From Bacteroidales bacterium (GTDB lineage Bacteria > Bacteroidota > Bacteroidia > Bacteroidales > VadinHA17), in the NCBI GenBank assembly GCA_015712185.1, contig JADDYF010000058.1, forward strand, positions 1 to 54,484: a stretch of 54,484 nt of DNA, written 5' to 3'. The notes under the pieces are model-generated. The model was not told where the DNA came from. It did not search any database and worked only from the letters and a program-made list of their open reading frames with translations. Below are positions 49,172-54,484 of the stretch, piece by piece (the first letter of the stretch is position 1; every line of letters begins with the position of its first letter). Made by a program: the position numbers and the translations under genes.

Positions 49172-49702
49172 ATGGAGATCCCTAATAGCCCCGTTAACTC
49201 ACCCTGCCATTCAAGGAAAATCCCCTTATGGCTGGTATTGCTGGATAATATCCCTACACTACTGCTTTTTGTGCTTGGATTTATAATTATTTATCAGGTT
49301 TCATTTTCATGGGCAATCGCTTTCGGAACATATGCAGTGTTTAGTGTTGTCTGGTTCTGGGCAAAAATATGCCCTTACTGCCATCATTATGATACATTTG
49401 CCTGTCCATGCGGATATGGAAAAATTTCTTCAATGTTTTTTCGAAGAAAAGAAAATAAATCGTTCAGAAAAGTCTTCCGAAGGAATTTAGGCATTCAGTT
49501 CCCTAACTGGTTTGTCCCGTTGGCTGTTGCTGTATATCTGATTATCACTGCATATTCAGAGCCGATCCTCTATCTGACAATATCATTCGTAGTTATTGGA
49601 TTCATCGTTATTCCAGTGATATCAAAACTCGTTGGATGCAGGAACTGCGAAATCAAAGAGGATTGTCCGTGGATGACAGGAATAAAAACAGAGCGAGAGT
49701 GA
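49172..49702 (+). CDS. Hypothetical Cys-rich membrane protein
   Basis: 176 aa with about 4 hydrophobic segments. The Cys motifs CPYCHHYDTFACPCGYG and CRNCEIKEDCPW face the same side. No family recognised. Confidence 0.5.
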   Translation: MEIPNSPVNSPCHSRKIPLWLVLLDNIPTLLLFVLGFIIIYQVSFSWAIAFGTYAVFSVVWFWAKICPYCHHYDTFACPCGYGKISSMFFRRKENKSFRKVFRRNLGIQFPNWFVPLAVAVYLIITAYSEPILYLTISFVVIGFIVIPVISKLVGCRNCEIKEDCPWMTGIKTERE

Positions 49703-49873
49703 GAGCGAGAGCAGGATAGCCTGGAATATGAACTTTCATTATGATAAGTGAATTATTCTAAAATCGTAATTATTGATTTGAAAATTTGCATCAAAGTTGT
49801 TAAGTGATTTGTACAAGAATCATTGAAAAAATTATATAACCGTTTTTATTATGTAAAACGAACCTGTAATTGT

Positions 49874-51130
49874 ATGAAAACAAAAATATTATCATTCATC
49901 CTTTTAGCATTGCTTTCAGGAATTCTCCAGGCACAGAAGGTCAGCGAATGGCGGCCGGAAAACCGAACAGGTATATCAGCTGAAACAGGACTGATGAAGT
50001 CATGGCCCGACGCCGGTCCGACCATGCTCTGGTCCAACCTCGAACTCGGGAAAGGTTACTCACAACCTTCGTTCGGTGCAAATACAATATATATAACCGG
50101 ACTCTCAGGCAAGAAAGATATACTCTATGCGCTAAGCATGGACGGCAAGGTTCTGTGGAATACTGTTATAGGCCGTGCCTGGACAGGAGCTACACCAGAT
50201 AGCAGGGCTACTCCAACTATCGAAGGCAGCAGGGTCTACACCTGCAGCGGATTGGGTGACCTTGCATGCATTGACGGAACAACAGGAAAAATTATCTGGT
50301 CGTATAAGGCCAGCGAACTGAACAAAGGCACTTATGGCAACTGGGGTATTGCAGAATCGCTCCTGATAGACGGTAACAAGATTTATTTTTCACCGGGAGG
50401 GCCCGAGACTATGACAATTGCCCTGAATAAAGCAACGGGAGCTGTCATCTGGAGATCTGCCAGTCTTAATGACAAACCGTGCTATGTATCTCCCATCCTC
50501 GTCAGCTATGCTGGTAAAAAAATGATTATAAACGCTTCTATGGGACACTTTTATGCGGTAGATGCTTCAAATGGCGAAATACTCTGGAAAGTACCACATG
50601 AACAGTCAAGTGATCCCGGCATGCGGAAATTTGAACTTATCAAATGCACAACACCATTATACAAAGATGGAATGGCCTATGTTACGGGAGGTTATGACAC
50701 CGGCGGTATGATGGTCAGAATTGGTGATGACGGAAAGAGTGCAAAATTTTTATGGACTGATCTTGTTCTGGATGACCACCATGGCGGTGTTGTACTGGTA
50801 AATGGTTCTATCTACGGTTCAAACTGGATAAACAATAATACGGGGAACTGGTGCTGTATCGATTGGAAAACCGGTAAAAAAATGTGGGAGCAGACCTGGA
50901 ACACCAAGGGTTCTGTTATTTCTGCCGAAGGAATGCTATACATATATGAAGAGAGGAACGGGAATGTCGGCCTTGTAAAGCCAAATCCTGAGAAATTCGA
51001 TCTGGTCAGCAGGTTCAAGGTTACCCTGGGCGATCCAGGTCCTTTCTGGGCACACCCGGTAATCCACAACGGAATTCTATACCTGAGGCACACCAATGCT
51101 CTGATGGCTTACGATATTAAAGCACGATAA
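49874..51130 (+). CDS. PQQ-like / BamB-like beta-propeller repeat protein, secreted
   Basis: The ATG at 49874 gives the signal peptide MKTKILSFILLALLSGILQA. Repeated motifs such as G.V(Y/I)...G.L.A.D..TGK..W occur across ~400 aa. Confidence 0.7.
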   Translation: MKTKILSFILLALLSGILQAQKVSEWRPENRTGISAETGLMKSWPDAGPTMLWSNLELGKGYSQPSFGANTIYITGLSGKKDILYALSMDGKVLWNTVIGRAWTGATPDSRATPTIEGSRVYTCSGLGDLACIDGTTGKIIWSYKASELNKGTYGNWGIAESLLIDGNKIYFSPGGPETMTIALNKATGAVIWRSASLNDKPCYVSPILVSYAGKKMIINASMGHFYAVDASNGEILWKVPHEQSSDPGMRKFELIKCTTPLYKDGMAYVTGGYDTGGMMVRIGDDGKSAKFLWTDLVLDDHHGGVVLVNGSIYGSNWINNNTGNWCCIDWKTGKKMWEQTWNTKGSVISAEGMLYIYEERNGNVGLVKPNPEKFDLVSRFKVTLGDPGPFWAHPVIHNGILYLRHTNALMAYDIKAR

Positions 51131-51328
51131 TTCCCGGATGACTCAAATTTTTCTGCTTAACGTGCTTAATATTCCTTTCTGTAATTCAGTGGTTTAGAGA
51201 GTTATTATAAACCTTTAGTGTAGAGTCTGATTTCATGAAAAACAGGACAGGCAGTTATTAACAGCCAGACGAAATCTTTTGAGACAGCACCAGTTGAAAA
51301 CACGAACAGAGGTATCGTTGATTTATAC

Positions 51329-52687
51329 TTACCTGTGACGAACAGGACCCACAGGTCCATGTATTTCCTTCAGCATAATATGAATTTTATTGTCTCCCGG
51401 CAGGAGGTCGCTCCAGAAGCTGTCAAGCAAAGGCAAAACACTGGGAACACTCTGGCCAAGATCCGTTATTTTTTCCATTTCTTCAAGGCTTATTGTTTCA
51501 TCTCCTGCAAAATATGCTTTATATGCTTTTATGATATAGGGAACGGTAATGGGGTAATCTTCCGCTGGAATCTGGTAAATTTTTTGTACGTAAGCACCAT
51601 AGTATGTAAAAAAGCCGTTGAGCCTATTGGTAATCAATTCGTCAGACCAGGTTACAAAATCTTTACCTCCGGGCAATTCTATATCTATTCCGGTTACTCT
51701 CCTGGTATCGATTTTTATAAAATTATCATCCAGTTTCATCATCCTGTATGAGTATGGCGGAGTTACCAGAGAGCCGGTCTGAATATCTGACAGAGTATCT
51801 CCTTCATTTGTGAAATAGACAATATCGTTTGCATGATAATGACCGGTAAATATAAGTCTGACTCCGGCATTCATCAGGGCAATTGCATTATCCTTTGAAC
51901 TCTTGATGAGAGGTTCCAGGTTCTTCTGTCCGGTATAATGTTCAGCAATACCATAATGCATCATCGCCAGCACTTCGATATTCTTTTCGCGGGCTTCAAT
52001 CATCTTTTCCTGTATCCAGACAAGTGTGGCAGGATTTATCGCACCGCTTACACCGGAAGCAGAGCGTTTGACTCCGTCAATCCCTAAAATCCATAACTTT
52101 TCATGTGGCTGACAGATATAACTCAATGAGTTTTCATCCCTGTATAAAGCCTCATTGAATCCAAAATCCTCAAATATTGTAGCAAAATCTTCTTCAGTAA
52201 TACCTGGGATAGCTGATGGAGGGTCGGTCTTATAATCTTTTGCATCCGGGTTGCCGATGTCATTGTTTCCCGGTACTACATAAACCTGTATACCCTCGTT
52301 CTCCAGTTGCTCAAGAAGACCTTTCACTGTCTCATGGCATAACAATTCCCCTTCTTTTGCCAGATCTCCCGGGATAAGCAGGATATCAGGCTTTTCAACC
52401 ATCAGTTCAGAAACAACTTTTCTGAAAATGGGATCGCTGAGTTCAAAAATCTTACGATCGTGTGATACATAATCCTGCCAGTATTGATTATTTTCAGGAT
52501 CATCAGGCGCTATGGAAGGATCCATGTAGTGTATATCAGAAACAACCGCAATTTTAATCTGCGGAGAAATCCGGTTGAACGGACTGTTATTTCCAGGCAA
52601 CAGGCCCGGAGGATCATTCCACTGATCTTTTGCGCAGGAAGCGCAAAGGAAGATCATGACCAAAAGAAAATACTCTGATTTTTTCAT
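51329..52687 (-). CDS. Metallophosphoesterase (calcineurin-like) lipoprotein
   Basis: Signal with FLCASC, then VVSDIHY (DxH), PGDLAKEG (GD), VPGNNDIG (GNxD) and FTGHYHAND (GHxH). Confidence 0.8.
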   Translation of the reverse strand: MKKSEYFLLVMIFLCASCAKDQWNDPPGLLPGNNSPFNRISPQIKIAVVSDIHYMDPSIAPDDPENNQYWQDYVSHDRKIFELSDPIFRKVVSELMVEKPDILLIPGDLAKEGELLCHETVKGLLEQLENEGIQVYVVPGNNDIGNPDAKDYKTDPPSAIPGITEEDFATIFEDFGFNEALYRDENSLSYICQPHEKLWILGIDGVKRSASGVSGAINPATLVWIQEKMIEAREKNIEVLAMMHYGIAEHYTGQKNLEPLIKSSKDNAIALMNAGVRLIFTGHYHANDIVYFTNEGDTLSDIQTGSLVTPPYSYRMMKLDDNFIKIDTRRVTGIDIELPGGKDFVTWSDELITNRLNGFFTYYGAYVQKIYQIPAEDYPITVPYIIKAYKAYFAGDETISLEEMEKITDLGQSVPSVLPLLDSFWSDLLPGDNKIHIMLKEIHGPVGPVRHR

Positions 52688-52831
52688 AATAAATGGCTTT
52701 AGTTTGAATTTTCTAAATATTCATACTAAAGTTAAACCAGTGGTTTATAATGTGTTTTGCTTACAGTCTCTAAAAGTTTGCTGTAAATCTCAAATGTGTT
52801 TTTGCTGGTTGTGGTTACCTGAAAAAGATAG

Positions 52832-54484
52832 TTATTTCCGGAATTCGCTGGGGGGTTTCCCGAATTCATATGTAAACTCGCGACTGAAGTGTGAGACGTT
52901 TTTAAAACCAACAAGGTAAGTTACTTCCGTAACGTTGAGGTTCGTTGTCGAAAGTAATTCTTTGGCTTTGTATAACCTCAGGGATTTGAAATAATCAGCT
53001 ACTGTTTTGTTACTCACAGATTTGAATTTTCTGTATAATTGGGCACGGCTGACTGATAGTTCACTGCAGAGCTGTGAGACTCCGAATTCATCATCTTTGA
53101 GATTGGTTTCCAGAGCCTGCCTCACTTTTATCATGAACTCATCCTCTTTTTTAATGTTAATATCGGAAGTCTCCGGAAATTTCTCCAGTGATCTGTATCG
53201 CTCGTACAGTCTTTTTCTGAGTTCCACCAGGTTTTTCAGCTGGATATGCAGCTCTCTTTCATCGACAGGTTTGGCCAGGTAGGCATCAGACCCCCTTTCC
53301 AGTCCGGCCAGCCGCGAGTCAATGTCAGCCTTCGCCGTCAGCATCACAACGGGGATGTGGCTGGTACGGATATCATTCTTTACTTTTTCCAGCATTTCAA
53401 TCCCGTCCATGACTGGCATCATTACATCGCTCAAAATGATATCCGGTATGATATCCAGAGCTTTTTTTATGCCGATTTCTCCGTTTTCGGCTACTTCTAT
53501 CCTGTATTCATATTTGAGGATAGCCTGCAGGTATAACACAACATCTGAGCTATCCTCTACAATCAACAGCAGAGGCAGTTTAGCCTGACCGGCTGCCACG
53601 ACGGAAAGCAGCTCTTCGGTGGATTGCCGCGGATAAAGAGGTTCTCCGTAAGAGCTGGTCTTTTCGTACTGATCATCTGTGACTTTGATCAGGTCTGCCG
53701 CTTCCGGGGTGTCAGACAACGGTGCATTGCGGGTGACGGGAAGGAGAACTGTAAATTCAGAACCCTCACCCTTAATGCTCTTAACAGAAATTGTCCCTTG
53801 CAGGAGTTGAACCATTTCTTTTGTCAGGGCCAGGCCAATACCAGTACCACCAGGAGACAGCTGGTGTTCTACCCTGTAGAAACGGTCGAACAGATGGTCC
53901 AGATGTTCTCTTTCAATACCGATTCCAGTGTCTTTGACCCGGATGGAGAACATTTTTCCATCATCCTCAATAACTGTGGCAACTTCAACCCTGCCGCCCT
54001 CAGGAGTACACTTCAGGGCATTAAATACCAGGTTGGTTGTAATGTGCATCAGTTTTTCAGGATCAAAATCCATTTCGAATGGTTCTCCCGCTGATGTAAA
54101 TCTCAAATCTATTTTCCTTCTGAGAGCTTCCGAACTGAACTGCTCGACCAGGTAGGCCAGGTACTTGTTTATGTCTCTTCTGACAAAGTTAACAGATATG
54201 GCGCCTGCTTCGGTTTTTGCCAGAGTGAGCATCTGGTTCACCAGCCGCAGAAGAATGTCACTATTGGTATCTATCTTCTGCAGACCGGCCCCCATCCACT
54301 CTTCTGGCCGGGCTTTGATCAGATTGCCCATACCCTTAATGATGGTCAGTGGTGTACGGAATTCATGGGTGATATTCGTAAAAAACCGGTCTTTGAATTC
54401 ATTTATTTCTTTCAGATGTCTGGCCTCCAACTCTTCAAGCTTCCGCTGCTGTCTGATAAACCGGAGTACAAACCCAAGTGCTGC
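52832..54484 (-). CDS. Hybrid two-component system regulator (HisKA-HATPase-REC-AraC HTH), C-terminal part; the N-terminal sensor lies beyond the window
   Basis: The frame stays open to the window edge. It has the H-box ITHEFRTPLT, an ATPase G-box region (GTGIGLALTKEMV), a receiver (LLLIVEDSSD...DVMMPVMDG...LTAK) and an AraC-type HTH tail (YLVGFKNVSHFSREF). Confidence 0.9.
   Translation of the reverse strand, partial: AALGFVLRFIRQQRKLEELEARHLKEINEFKDRFFTNITHEFRTPLTIIKGMGNLIKARPEEWMGAGLQKIDTNSDILLRLVNQMLTLAKTEAGAISVNFVRRDINKYLAYLVEQFSSEALRRKIDLRFTSAGEPFEMDFDPEKLMHITTNLVFNALKCTPEGGRVEVATVIEDDGKMFSIRVKDTGIGIEREHLDHLFDRFYRVEHQLSPGGTGIGLALTKEMVQLLQGTISVKSIKGEGSEFTVLLPVTRNAPLSDTPEAADLIKVTDDQYEKTSSYGEPLYPRQSTEELLSVVAAGQAKLPLLLIVEDSSDVVLYLQAILKYEYRIEVAENGEIGIKKALDIIPDIILSDVMMPVMDGIEMLEKVKNDIRTSHIPVVMLTAKADIDSRLAGLERGSDAYLAKPVDERELHIQLKNLVELRKRLYERYRSLEKFPETSDINIKKEDEFMIKVRQALETNLKDDEFGVSQLCSELSVSRAQLYRKFKSVSNKTVADYFKSLRLYKAKELLSTTNLNVTEVTYLVGFKNVSHFSREFTYEFGKPPSEFRK

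Overview
This is a chromosomal fragment that looks Bacteroidota-like. The evidence is TAnnTTTG-type -7 boxes, a hybrid two-component regulator with an AraC tail, many secreted CAZymes and the gene order rplM-rpsI-rpsB-tsf-pyrH-frr. All domain calls come from motifs I recognise by eye; no searches were run.

Contents from left to right:
- 1-17.4 kb: a mix of metabolic and envelope genes. These are a stand-alone GMP-synthase ATP-pyrophosphatase half, GH2, an S9 peptidase, GH43, a flippase-like membrane protein, purD, a NodB deacetylase, a DUF2723 giant membrane protein, mpg and guanine deaminase.
- 17.5-21.8 kb: the housekeeping translation block.
- 21.7-32.2 kb (window centre): the least ordinary region. 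A radical SAM/SPASM gene heads a same-strand run with two diverged penicillin/AHL-acylase-family paralogs. It is divergently joined through a 136-bp control region to a four-gene unit: a CarboxypepD_reg paralog, an ECF sigma, a FecR anti-sigma, and an STN + CarboxypepD_reg protein that lacks a TonB-dependent barrel.
- 32.2-38.1 kb: OmpA-family protein, dxs, DUF1080, tRNA-Leu(CAA) and a TAT-exported Gfo/Idh/MocA oxidoreductase.
- 38.5-48.9 kb: a hemicellulose-debranching cluster (GH43, tandem-domain esterase, SASA-type acetylesterase). It holds an apparently G+C-rich two-gene module: a GH54-like (fungal-type) arabinofuranosidase multidomain protein, start/stop-overlapped with a VKOR-thioredoxin fusion.
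- 49-54.5 kb: a Cys-rich membrane protein, a PQQ-like propeller, a metallophosphoesterase and a truncated HTCS regulator.

I saw no CRISPR array, rRNA, transposase or integrase.
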